A stretch of DNA of 64,000 nucleotides from an uncultured Candidatus Saccharibacteria bacterium (GCA_964559575.1 CAZLGQ010000001.1:7067-71066), one strand, 5' to 3'. Numbered from the stretch's first letter, positions 47,587 through 57,153 are shown. Notes: generated from the sequence alone by a model not told the origin. A program made the numbers and translations.

Positions 47587-48039
47587 TTAGATCTTCTTTT
47601 TCCAAATTATTCCGGGATACCCATCATCTGGTTCAATGATAGTATCGTATTTAATAAATTTTAATTTCTCATAAAATCTCCAAGAACTATTATGAGTTTC
47701 CGGACTGTAACATAATATTTCTGTAAAATTTGATTTTTTTGCTTCTTCAATTACCTTCTGTACTAAAAGATACCCAATACCTCTTTTTCTATATTTAGAA
47801 GCTATAATATAAAGTTCAACCGGTTTATCTGTTTCGATATAATTACTAAGATAATTAAATATTTTTCTAAAACCGGAAATACCCACAATTTCATCTTTTT
47901 CTTGGGCTACATAAAAATTACAATAGTATGAATCCAACTCTTTTATTAACTCATCTAAAAAATCTTCGTCATTCCAATATAAAGTAAAAATATTTTTTAC
48001 TTCACTTTTATCTTTTTTATCATATTTTCTTATTTCCAT
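47587..48039 (-). CDS. GNAT family N-acetyltransferase
   Basis: RKRGIGYLLVQKVIEEAKK (acetyl-CoA binding motif A). Length is 150 aa. Confidence 0.65.
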   Translation of the reverse strand: MEIRKYDKKDKSEVKNIFTLYWNDEDFLDELIKELDSYYCNFYVAQEKDEIVGISGFRKIFNYLSNYIETDKPVELYIIASKYRKRGIGYLLVQKVIEEAKKSNFTEILCYSPETHNSSWRFYEKLKFIKYDTIIEPDDGYPGIIWKKKI

Positions 48040-48149
48040 AATTACTGATCATAATAACCTTTATTAAAAAATTTAAAAAACAAAACGCTGCTGACCTTAA
48101 AGATCAAACAGCGTTTAGAACCTCACCAAAGAACACTTTCGCAGTCTTG

Positions 48150-48560
48150 TCACTTAAATCCTCCCAATAATTCTTGATGCTCTTCATCCTTTTGACAGAT
48201 CAGACGAAGACCTGAATGATTCAGTCTGGAAAGACCCCAAGAGATTCGATCAGAACTCAATGACAGAACACCATCTACAGAATAAACCTCTCTAACATAA
48301 AGTTTTGGAGGTCTTCCCTTTAAGCAAGCTGATGTTCCGGTAACGATATACATATCGTCATTTCCATCAAGTAAAAGATCTCCTCTGGTTAGATCTGCCC
48401 AGTCATCAAAAACCAAACCTTCGATCAGATCTTTTCTGGTTCTAGGATCCATGGTCCATGATTGGTCATAATAGATAAAACTTACAAAAAGAATTACCAT
48501 TAAAACCAAAAAAATTCCACGGACCATAATCTCTGCAACCTTTTTCTGGATCATGACCAA
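48150..48560 (-). CDS. Hypothetical protein with N-terminal TM anchor (moderately GC-enriched)
   Basis: 136-aa ORF with TM segment GIFLVLMVILFVSFIYY. No family was recognised. Confidence 0.35.
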   Translation of the reverse strand: MVMIQKKVAEIMVRGIFLVLMVILFVSFIYYDQSWTMDPRTRKDLIEGLVFDDWADLTRGDLLLDGNDDMYIVTGTSACLKGRPPKLYVREVYSVDGVLSLSSDRISWGLSRLNHSGLRLICQKDEEHQELLGGFK

Positions 48561-48705
48561 TCCTCCTTTTTACAAAAACCGGTTCACTAAATCCACTTTG
48601 ACCAACCTGACTGCTATTTCTCTATTTTAATAACACAAATTCTAATTTTAGTCAAAATTAGAATTATTTTAAACCCCAAAAAATCTATATTTTAAGAAAT
48701 TTTTA

Positions 48706-48889
48706 TTTTGGGGAAGTCTGACTTCCCCAAAAACTTACCACTCTACCACTCTTATCTTAATTCCAAAAAATCCTGTTCTGGGGAAGTCTGACTTCCCCAG
48801 AACCCTACTACTTAAATATAAAGTCGCTAAATCATTAGAATTGATTAAAAAAAAACTTGGGGAAGTCTGACTTCCCCAAGTTTTTTTTA
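48706..48889. repeat. Tandem array of three palindromic hairpin repeats (core GGGGAAGTCTGACTTCCCC) with copy-specific compensatory stem extensions
   Basis: Copies lie at 48706..48732, 48775..48803 and 48855..48881, spaced 70-79 bp apart. The extended stems differ but stay complementary (TTTTGGGGAAG/CTTCCCCAAAA, GTTCTGGGGAAG/CTTCCCCAGAAC, AACTTGGGGAAG/CTTCCCCAAGTT). Partially similar AT-rich units lie between them. A 12-bp-arm palindrome AATTCTAATTTT-agtc-AAAATTAGAATT sits at 48640..48667. Confidence 0.5.
48855..48889. terminator. Bidirectional intrinsic terminator (third copy of the hairpin repeat)
   Basis: A8-AACTTGGGGAAG-TCTGA-CTTCCCCAAGTT-T8. It lies 30 nt downstream of the stop of the 48919..49641 minus-strand gene. 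Confidence 0.55.
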
Positions 48890-48918
48890 TTGAACAAGAG
48901 ATCTTTTTATTTTTTTTA

Positions 48919-49641
48919 TTATTTTTGATGACCTACCGGCATTATATAAACAGGTACTTCATCTTGTGATAACTGTAATAGATCATGTACTTTATCATCA
49001 TCAAAAGCTCCAACTGCCACCGTACCTAATCCTAAACTCTCAGACTGTAAATAAATATTTTGAGCAACATGACCTACTTCTATATGAACATAGCGCTCTC
49101 CTCTTTTACCATAACGCTCAGTTGTTCTCTCATACACAGCAGTTAAAATTAAATTTATTGGAGCTTCTGCAATAAATGTTTGATTCAAAGCTACTTGACT
49201 TAATTTTTCACTAATATCTTCATCAGAAATTCTTTTAATACTATGACTATCAGGTTTATATTTATAAACTCCAGAAAGTAAATCATCAGTTTCTTCTCTT
49301 ACTGTTATATAAACTGTTAAAGGATAAGTAGCTCCAGCTGATGGTGCTGAACGATAACCACCATCATCTGTTATACCTTGAGCAGACCATAAAACCTGTC
49401 CTAATTTATCCAAGTCAACCGGTTTGTCCAAATAGTTTCTTATACTTCGTCTGGATTCAATAGCTTCTTCAATTGACATCTGTCCTTCTTTTTGTGTTTC
49501 CGGTAATTTAATGATCTGATTTAAATCACTTTTATCATTGGTCATGGAATCTAAATTATTATTTAATAAAATATAACTGACTAAAAAAATCAGCAAACCG
49601 ATCACTAAAAATGCTAAAAGATATTTTCGTTGGAATACCAT
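48919..49641 (-). CDS. Nitroreductase-family protein (SagB-type dehydrogenase-like) with N-terminal TM anchor
   Basis: RRSIRNYLDKPVDLDKLGQVLWSAQGIT...RSAPSAGATYPLTVYITV and EVGHVAQNIYLQSESLGLGT fit the nitroreductase fold. Confidence 0.6.
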   Translation of the reverse strand: MVFQRKYLLAFLVIGLLIFLVSYILLNNNLDSMTNDKSDLNQIIKLPETQKEGQMSIEEAIESRRSIRNYLDKPVDLDKLGQVLWSAQGITDDGGYRSAPSAGATYPLTVYITVREETDDLLSGVYKYKPDSHSIKRISDEDISEKLSQVALNQTFIAEAPINLILTAVYERTTERYGKRGERYVHIEVGHVAQNIYLQSESLGLGTVAVGAFDDDKVHDLLQLSQDEVPVYIMPVGHQK

Positions 49642-49719
49642 GAATATATTTTAACTAATAAACCTTCGGTATGACAAATATCATTAAAGTACAATAGCTA
49701 TTATGCTTTTAAAAACTAA

Positions 49720-50763
49720 TTAGAGTTTATGCTTATTTAATTCAGTTAAAACTTCAGAAAGAGGAACTGTGGCCAAACAACAGTACTTATCGGCAGCACC
49801 ATAATAGATAAATAAAGTGTTTTTTAATATAAAAGCACCAGTTGGAAAAACAACATTTTCCACATCTCCTTTTTTCTCATACCATTCTTCAGGTTCTAAA
49901 ATATCATAAGGTAACTGAGCTATTAACTTAGAAGGATCATTTAAATCCAACAGAGCCATTTTAGCAGTATAAGCTCTTTGACGTTTTTTTCCATTAAGAG
50001 TTTTATCTTCAACATGATGATATATCAATAACCAACCGGCCTCAGTTTTGATAGGGGGAGCACCAGCACCAATTCTATGATCATGCTCGTGGGTAGGTTT
50101 TAATACCAACTGATGATCGTTCCAATTTAATAGATCATCAGAATATGAAATCCAAATACTAGGAAGTTTCGGTAATTCTTTAACAGTTCCCGGCATCGGA
50201 ATATCTATTTCAGAAGATAAGGGATTTTCAAACCATCTCTGACACCATCGTTGAGGTCTATGTAAAAGAACAAATCTACCATTTATCTTTTCAGGAAAAA
50301 GTACAGCATTTTTATCATCTACCCTAGAAAGTGATATCGGTCCAAGTCTATCAAAATGTCGTAAATCTTTACTAACCGCCAAACCAACGGAAGCTTCAAG
50401 TGGGACCTCACGAAAAATAACCGGTGACCCATCTTGTAAAATACGTTCTGAAATAGCAGTATAAGTTAAATAAAAACTATCTTCTATTTTGGTTAATCTA
50501 GGATCCTCCACTGCCCATCTTTCAAAATCTGCACCCGGCTCAAATACAGGTTTATCAGATTCTCTCTGAAAATTTACCCCGTCAGAACTACTGGCTAAAC
50601 CCAAACGAGATATATAATACTTATACTCACCAATTGCTCTGTAGAGCAAATAACACTTATTATTATGCCAAACAGCAGCAGGATTAAAAACTGATTGATC
50701 TTCCCAATCATTATCAGCACTAGCTTCTAAAATTGGGTTGCTGGGATTTCGTTTCAAAAACAT
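49720..50763 (-). CDS. Glycosidase-like beta-propeller protein (GH130/DUF377-like), tentative
   Basis: PSNPILEASADNDWEDQSVFNPAAVWHNNKCYLLYRAIG and later YGAADKY-type segments resemble GH130 phosphorylases. Assignment is by pattern memory only. Confidence 0.4.
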   Translation of the reverse strand: MFLKRNPSNPILEASADNDWEDQSVFNPAAVWHNNKCYLLYRAIGEYKYYISRLGLASSSDGVNFQRESDKPVFEPGADFERWAVEDPRLTKIEDSFYLTYTAISERILQDGSPVIFREVPLEASVGLAVSKDLRHFDRLGPISLSRVDDKNAVLFPEKINGRFVLLHRPQRWCQRWFENPLSSEIDIPMPGTVKELPKLPSIWISYSDDLLNWNDHQLVLKPTHEHDHRIGAGAPPIKTEAGWLLIYHHVEDKTLNGKKRQRAYTAKMALLDLNDPSKLIAQLPYDILEPEEWYEKKGDVENVVFPTGAFILKNTLFIYYGAADKYCCLATVPLSEVLTELNKHKL

Positions 50764-50832
50764 GACATACTTAACTAACCTGAAATAATTATTATTAAAT
50801 ATTTTTAAATTATATAAAAAAACTATTATTTT

Positions 50833-52494
50833 TTAAATATCTTTAACCATATAAGTTCCTTCTAAATTGTAACCTAATTTGTTTTTGTAATATTCTCTAA
50901 CTCCAACTCCTGAAATAACAGCCATCTTTTTATAACCAGCTTTTTTAGCAATACTCTCAGCTTCATTCATAAGACGTATTCCTAATCCCATATGTTGACT
51001 TTGGTCACCTCTCTCTTTAATTCCCACCAACTGACCATAGGTATGAAGTTCACGAATAATAGAAGCTCCTTTTAGAACCTCCAAATTTCCTGAAAAATTA
51101 TCAGTAATATTTTTATTTGGTAATCTTAATCTACAAAAAGCCGCACATTTATTTTTAGTTTTATGTTCAAAACTTAAAAAAATCTCTTTACCGGTTAAAG
51201 TTTTATACTCTAAACATCTTAACTCATAATCATTAAGAAGTATCTTTTCATTTCTTATTTCACGACAACGTATACACTCACAGTGCCAACTGTTCTTTTT
51301 TTGATCCTGTTCAATAAACTGCCTAAGATTAGATATCTTACTACCAGCTACAATATATTCTGTAGGAATATCTCTAATTACCCTTATAATACGTACATAC
51401 TTTGGTACCTTTTTTTTAACATTACGTAAAACATAAATCAGATCATCATCATTATAGGGTATAAAATCTCCTTTTTTCCAAATTAAATATAAAGGACTGT
51501 TTTTTAAAACTACACAAGGATATATTTTTAACATATCTGGTTGATACTCCTTACCATTAAAAAGGTCACTAAACATCTTAATATCCATTTCCGGTGTACT
51601 AAGAGGTAAATTAGGCATCATATGATAAACCACCTTAAAACCGGCATTTTTCATAAGTTCAGTTACTTCAATTACATTTTTTATATCAATATTACGCCTG
51701 TTGTAAGTTAAGACCTTTTCATTGAGGTGTTGAACACCTATTTCTATTTTAGTTACTCCTAGCCAACGTAACCGATTAATTTCTTCTTCATTAATAAAAT
51801 CCGGTCTAGTTTCTATAGATAAACCAATGATCCTAGAATCTGCTGTTTCGTTTTCCACTTGTAATTCTTCCAAGGTTTTTTTTCTATTTTTACCTTTATT
51901 TTCTTTTCCAAATTCATTTGCCGCTCTAAATATTTCAGAAATAAACTCTTCCTGATAATCTTTATCATAAAAACTCCAAGTTCCACCTATAACAATAACT
52001 TCTAATTTATCTATCGGATGACCGTTAGCTACCAACGCTCTCATTCTATTTTTTACCTGAGTATATGGACTAAAGTTATTTGCCAAAGCCCTAGCTGCGG
52101 CCGGTTCCTTAGATAAATAACTCTTGGGCATTTTCTTTTCATCCGGACAGTAAATACATTCTCCCGGACACTGATAAGGTTTTGTAAGAAGTGAAACAAC
52201 TGCCACTCCGGAATTACTTCTAACTTTCATCTTTCTTAATACCTGTTCAACCTCTTTGAGTGGTTTTTGTTCTCCTTTTTCTACCAAACTCTTGTAAAAA
52301 GCAAGAATCTCTGCATTTGTAGGCATTCTATTTTCACTAATAGCTTTCTGTCCCACATGCTCCAAATCAGGTCCGTAATCCTTAGCACACTGTTTTCTAA
52401 TAACAAGAAAATCCTTCCGGTGTTTTTTATCACTCATTATTAAACATTTAAGTTTTTCTAATTTTTCTTCTGTTGTAATATCATTAAATAACAT
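50833..52494 (-). CDS. Elp3-like radical-SAM / GNAT protein (tRNA U34 modification enzyme family)
   Basis: Radical-SAM cluster motif in Elp3 context (LLTKPYQCPGECIYCP) and a C-terminal GNAT domain (HMGLGIRLMNEAESIAKKAG). Length is 553 aa. Confidence 0.65.
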   Translation of the reverse strand: MLFNDITTEEKLEKLKCLIMSDKKHRKDFLVIRKQCAKDYGPDLEHVGQKAISENRMPTNAEILAFYKSLVEKGEQKPLKEVEQVLRKMKVRSNSGVAVVSLLTKPYQCPGECIYCPDEKKMPKSYLSKEPAAARALANNFSPYTQVKNRMRALVANGHPIDKLEVIVIGGTWSFYDKDYQEEFISEIFRAANEFGKENKGKNRKKTLEELQVENETADSRIIGLSIETRPDFINEEEINRLRWLGVTKIEIGVQHLNEKVLTYNRRNIDIKNVIEVTELMKNAGFKVVYHMMPNLPLSTPEMDIKMFSDLFNGKEYQPDMLKIYPCVVLKNSPLYLIWKKGDFIPYNDDDLIYVLRNVKKKVPKYVRIIRVIRDIPTEYIVAGSKISNLRQFIEQDQKKNSWHCECIRCREIRNEKILLNDYELRCLEYKTLTGKEIFLSFEHKTKNKCAAFCRLRLPNKNITDNFSGNLEVLKGASIIRELHTYGQLVGIKERGDQSQHMGLGIRLMNEAESIAKKAGYKKMAVISGVGVREYYKNKLGYNLEGTYMVKDI

Positions 52495-52534
52495 AGTTAA
52501 AACAGTATTTAGAATTCTATGATAGTATGATTAT

Positions 52535-53233
52535 GTGAAAAAAGAAACCTCTCAAAAACTTCTTAAATTATCACAAAAAGAATACGATCAATATGCATCG
52601 GAATTTTCTACTTCACGTAAATTTTTTTGGTCTGAACTGGAATTTATTAAAAAGTACGTTAAAAAAAATGACAAAGTACTTGATATTGGTTGTGGTAATG
52701 GTCGTCTTTCCGACATATTAATAGATAAAAACATCCAATATACCGGAATAGACTTTTCGAAAGAATTAATTAATATTGCTAAAAAAGAAAGAAAAAATAA
52801 CGGTAACTTCATCCAAGCTAATGCTTTATCACTTCCTTTTAAAGATAACTCTTTTGATGTGATATTTTCCATAGCCGTACTTCATCATATACCATCAAAA
52901 GAAAACCGTTTACTTTTTATCTCAGAAGTAAATCGAGTATTGAAACCCGAAGGAATTTTTATAGTCACTACCTGGAATACTCTAAACTGGAAATTTGCTA
53001 AAAAACATTTAATATATTTTTTAAAAAAAATATTCGGTTACTCAAAACTAGATTTTGGTGACATAATTCTTACTTTTGGAAAAAACAAAAGAAAACGTTA
53101 CATACATTCATTAACCAAAAAAGAACTTAAAAAAATAATTACAAAAAACAATTTTGTTGACATCTCTATTAAAAAAATAAAGAGAAAAAGCGGGCATTCT
53201 AATTTTATCTCAATTTCAAAAAAAACCCACTAA
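52535..53233 (+). CDS. Class I SAM-dependent methyltransferase
   Basis: VLDIGCGNGRLS (motif I) and DVIFSIAVLHH (motif II/III region). Confidence 0.7.
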   Translation: MKKETSQKLLKLSQKEYDQYASEFSTSRKFFWSELEFIKKYVKKNDKVLDIGCGNGRLSDILIDKNIQYTGIDFSKELINIAKKERKNNGNFIQANALSLPFKDNSFDVIFSIAVLHHIPSKENRLLFISEVNRVLKPEGIFIVTTWNTLNWKFAKKHLIYFLKKIFGYSKLDFGDIILTFGKNKRKRYIHSLTKKELKKIITKNNFVDISIKKIKRKSGHSNFISISKKTH

Positions 53234-53385
53234 TAAAACTTAAATTTGCTAATATTTAAATCTTATTAACAATAAGAAAATAGATTTAATTTTTAAAAAG
53301 AACCATAATAGTTATCAACAAACTATATTTTGCTTACTTTAAAAGTTAAATATAAAATAAAGTACTTATTACTCTAAAAAATAAT

Positions 53386-53706
53386 ATGAGCAAAAAATTT
53401 ACCAAAGAAGAAAAAGAAAAAATAGAAGAGGAAGAACGTCTCCGTTTTGAAACCCGTTCAAAATTAGAGGAATCAAAGTCAGATAATGAATTCTCCTTTT
53501 TAACCACGTTACTTTTATGTTTATTTTTAGGTCCATTGGGTGCACATCGTTTTTATGTTGGTAAAACCATAACCGGTACTACCATTATGGTTTTAAGTCT
53601 TACTTTTTTTGGACTACTGGTCTCTATTCCTTGGACCTTATTAGATCTTATCTTGATAATCTCTCAAAGATTTTCTGATCACAAAGGAAGATTTGTTAAA
53701 AGATAA
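53386..53706 (+). CDS. TM2 domain-containing membrane protein
   Basis: GPLGAHRFYVGKTITGTTIMVLS matches the GxxGxHRFYxG TM2 hallmark between two TM helices. Confidence 0.55.
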   Translation: MSKKFTKEEKEKIEEEERLRFETRSKLEESKSDNEFSFLTTLLLCLFLGPLGAHRFYVGKTITGTTIMVLSLTFFGLLVSIPWTLLDLILIISQRFSDHKGRFVKR

Positions 53707-53745
53707 AAACATTTCTTAAATTTTAAGATCTGGTATTTTAATACA

Positions 53746-54117
53746 TTAATCCAAACTATAATTTGGATTAATTCTAATGGCATAGATACCATGTTTTTTT
53801 ATTCTTTTTTCATATTCATTATTCTCAATACTATGATAACTTTTTATACCACCTTCTATATCTAAACCGCTGGATAAAACATTTTCAACACCTTCATTTT
53901 CTAACATCACTCTAACATCAGGATATTTAATAACCGAATCTACTAAACAGTTCATTTTCTTACCTGTAACTGTATTAATAAAAGTTATCACATCTCCATG
54001 TTTCATCTTTTGATATCTATCATCATTTTTATCTTTAGGCGTTCGACCTTCTATCTTTTTAGTACCAATTTTAATGGCTTGAAACGGTCGATCGTTTAAT
54101 TTAAGTTCGTAATTCAT
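53746..54117 (-). CDS. ASCH/PUA-like domain protein, tentative
   Basis: YELKLNDRPFQAIKIGTKKIEGRT resembles the ASCH N-terminus (..f..i..G.KtiE.R). Length is 123 aa. Confidence 0.4.
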   Translation of the reverse strand: MNYELKLNDRPFQAIKIGTKKIEGRTPKDKNDDRYQKMKHGDVITFINTVTGKKMNCLVDSVIKYPDVRVMLENEGVENVLSSGLDIEGGIKSYHSIENNEYEKRIKKHGIYAIRINPNYSLD

Positions 54118-54232
54118 TTTAAATTAATTATTAAAAATTTAGAGTAATTAACTTGGGTTGTTTTTAAATACATAACTGTTATTATATTAATAACAGTTAA
54201 TCTAGTAAAATTTTAAAAAATAAAATTTATAT

Positions 54233-55465
54233 ATGAAAAAAAATACTATTATTTTGATCATTTTAGTGATGATAATTATTTTATTATCTTTTTTCATTAC
54301 CAATCACCTAGAAGACTCTACTAAAGAACCGGTTGAATTAAAAGATCCTGAAGAATTAAAAGAACTTTCTTACTCAGCTAAAGATTTCTCTTTCGATATT
54401 TTTTCCAGCTTAGCTGAAAACGAAGAAAATATCTTCATCTCCCCATACAGTATTCACACTGCTCTAACAATGGCCTACCGAGGTGCCGGATCAGAAACCG
54501 CCGAGGAAATGGCCGAGGTTTTGGGACTTAGCAATATGCAACTCAAAGCTCTGATGGATAGCTCTTTGGGCTTAAAGCAGTACCTGGAACACTTCTCGGA
54601 GCAAAACGAAGTAGCTATAGCCAACGCTTTATTTTTAAGAAACGACATCCCTTTCCGTAACTCTTACAAAACTGACGCTAAAAAATACTTTGAAGGCGAG
54701 ATCGATTCTTTACCGGATGCCGGTGAACCGGTAAATGATTGGGTTTTTAAAAATACTCAAGAAAAAATAGATCAGATCATTGATCCCGGACCTATAGACC
54801 CGAATGTTATTGCCTATTTAGTTAATGCCATCTACTTTAAAGGCATTTGGGCTGAAGAGTTCGATCAAGATCTAACTGAAAATAGACCATTTTACGGTAC
54901 CGGTGGTGAAGTAGAAATTGAAATGATGGAAAACGAATCAGACTATCGGTTTGCAGTCTCTGAAAACTTGAAATCACTAACCATAAAATACCAAGACGGT
55001 GACTATCTAATGCACGTCTTTATGCCTACCGACGAACAACCTCTCTCTGAACTCTATCAAAATTTAGACAGAGAAACCTTTGAATCAATGAAACCCACTA
55101 ACCAAGAAAATATAACTTTGCGGTTCCCTAAATTTACTCTAGAAGATGAGCTGGGACTGGTAGAGACCTTGGAAGCAATGGGTATAAAAACCGCTTTTAA
55201 CGAGAACCTAGCAGACTTTTCCGAAATGGTCGACCTGGAAGAACTTGGATTTAACGTCTTCATCTCCGATGTACTTCATGCTTCATTCATAGAAGTAGAC
55301 GAAAAGGGTACCGAAGTGGCTGCCGCCACCGCGGTTGAAATGAAAATGGAATCAGCACCAATGCCAGGTTCGGTAGTAGAATTTAATAAACCATTCCTTT
55401 TTATAATAGAAGAACCGAAAACCGAAACCATTCTTTTTATGGGACATTTGGTTGATCCTAATTAA
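54233..55465 (+). CDS. Serpin (serine protease inhibitor) with N-terminal membrane anchor/signal
   Basis: C-terminal serpin signature FNKPFLFIIEEPKTETILFMGHLVDP. The reactive-centre-loop hinge region (GTEVAAATAVEMKMESAP) is typical of inhibitory serpins. An N-terminal hydrophobic helix is present. Confidence 0.75.
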   Translation: MKKNTIILIILVMIIILLSFFITNHLEDSTKEPVELKDPEELKELSYSAKDFSFDIFSSLAENEENIFISPYSIHTALTMAYRGAGSETAEEMAEVLGLSNMQLKALMDSSLGLKQYLEHFSEQNEVAIANALFLRNDIPFRNSYKTDAKKYFEGEIDSLPDAGEPVNDWVFKNTQEKIDQIIDPGPIDPNVIAYLVNAIYFKGIWAEEFDQDLTENRPFYGTGGEVEIEMMENESDYRFAVSENLKSLTIKYQDGDYLMHVFMPTDEQPLSELYQNLDRETFESMKPTNQENITLRFPKFTLEDELGLVETLEAMGIKTAFNENLADFSEMVDLEELGFNVFISDVLHASFIEVDEKGTEVAAATAVEMKMESAPMPGSVVEFNKPFLFIIEEPKTETILFMGHLVDPN

Positions 55466-55706
55466 AGTTATTCTAAAAATAACTTTACTCTAGAAATTCT
55501 TCAGCTTTATTAAAAAGATAACCGATTCTACTTTGGTGTGTTTTTAATCCCTCACCTCACAGCTTATAGAACAGGACTCTATAAACTCCATTTCTAAAAA
55601 TATTTCACAAATACTAATCTCCACTACATCTACCTATGACTTTTTAACAACTTTACTGTTATTATCTTTTTTTGAGACAAAATCTAATTAAACATCAACA
55701 GATCCA

Positions 55707-56366
55707 TTACGGACATAACTTATCTGCCGGCTGCCAAAACTCCTGATCCGGACGTCTACAAAAATTTCTTTCACCAACCCAAACCAATATCCAATTATCA
55801 TTTTCTGAAACTATAAAATCATATCTCTTTTCATTACCGCCTATTGAATCATCTGGAAAATTCATTGAACGAATATAGACAGAAATACCTTCTTTTGCAG
55901 ACTCTGCATCGGGGTGATCTTTAATTGGATACTCAACTACCACATCTTCACTTAATAAATGTAGCGATACAAAATACTGAAACATCGTCTCAGAATATGC
56001 ATCAAGTTCACTTTGAGGAGGCACTTGATCTTCCAATATACTTTTTACAAAATCTATAGGACTTTCTCCTTGATGAATTTCAGTATCCAACTCCACAAGT
56101 CTAGTTTCTTCTCCAACCTCTATCTCGTATGGAAGTTGAGCATACTTTTCACGAGATTTTTTCTCTATAGATTCACGATCTAACACTACCCCACGATCTC
56201 TTACTGTTATTTCATAAGGTAATCTATTAAGTTCCTCTTTTACTACGGTTAAATCAAAATCATTATCTAAATCAGCATGATCTTTTGAAACACCAATTCC
56301 AAAAATTCCAATAATAACCAATACTATTAACACAATAAATGTTCCTATAATAATTTTAGTATTCAT
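55707..56366 (-). CDS. Membrane-anchored protein, paralog of 42554..43183
   Basis: N-terminal TM. The C-terminus NEKRYDFIVSENDNWILVWVGERNFCRRPDQEFWQPADKLCP aligns with the other copy. Confidence 0.4.
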   Translation of the reverse strand: MNTKIIIGTFIVLIVLVIIGIFGIGVSKDHADLDNDFDLTVVKEELNRLPYEITVRDRGVVLDRESIEKKSREKYAQLPYEIEVGEETRLVELDTEIHQGESPIDFVKSILEDQVPPQSELDAYSETMFQYFVSLHLLSEDVVVEYPIKDHPDAESAKEGISVYIRSMNFPDDSIGGNEKRYDFIVSENDNWILVWVGERNFCRRPDQEFWQPADKLCP

Positions 56367-56469
56367 ATCATAAATATATTTACTTAATAATTGATAAAAA
56401 AGATATTTTATTACCTTTTTATTAAAAACCTAAAAGAAACTATTATGTAATACCCTAATTATAATAAAT

Positions 56470-57063
56470 TTATTTTAATTTTCTCATTTTTTCTAAAAGA
56501 TACTCATACTCTTTTATTAAAGGATGTTCCCAAGTTTCTTTAAGCATTTTCAAAACTTCATCTTCAAACCAAATTTTATCTTTCTTACCACGATTAAATA
56601 TCTTCCATATTTCCGCCCCCTCCTTATTATATGAAACTAATAAACTTTCAAGGTTATGGATCTTATCTGCAACACAAACCGCCTTAGCTTCTATTGAACC
56701 ATTACGTACTGTTTTAACATATTTATTTTTCTTCTCTTTCCAAGATAAAGAATCATCATTAGAAACAGACCTAACAATATTTACAACCTCGGAATTCAGT
56801 TCTTTTTCCAAATCTTCTTCCGGAAAATCTGTATCTTCCAAAACATCATGTACCAAAGCTGCTGCAATTGTATTATCGGAAAAATCAAACCTAACCAATT
56901 TAAAAGCAACCATAAAAGGATGTACAATATAAGGTGAATTGTCTCCTTTCCTTTTATGATCCCTATGAGCAATTACAGCTATTCTTGCTGCTTTTTCTAT
57001 AACTTCACTTTCATATAAATCTGCAAGCATTTTTTTATTATAACAAATTTTAAATATTTTCAT
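56470..57063 (-). CDS. HD-domain metal-dependent phosphohydrolase
   Basis: HRDHKRKGDNSPYIVHPFMVA and AALVHDVLEDT (the H...HD...D motif set). Confidence 0.6.
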   Translation of the reverse strand: MKIFKICYNKKMLADLYESEVIEKAARIAVIAHRDHKRKGDNSPYIVHPFMVAFKLVRFDFSDNTIAAALVHDVLEDTDFPEEDLEKELNSEVVNIVRSVSNDDSLSWKEKKNKYVKTVRNGSIEAKAVCVADKIHNLESLLVSYNKEGAEIWKIFNRGKKDKIWFEDEVLKMLKETWEHPLIKEYEYLLEKMRKLK

Positions 57064-57153
57064 TAAAAATCAAAAGTTTTTTAATACCAACAAAAAACTT
57101 TATATTTTAACCTAAAATATAGATGATATTCCAAATAATTTTTATAAATAAAA

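Noticed and set aside
48706-48889. Possible CRISPR array, given regularly spaced identical repeat cores
   Set aside because: The repeats are 19-bp perfect palindromes with variable complementary extensions. Spacing is 70-79 bp. There are only three copies. One copy is a canonical A-run/T-run terminator. No cas genes are nearby. CRISPR repeats are typically 28-37 bp direct repeats with 30-40 bp unique spacers.
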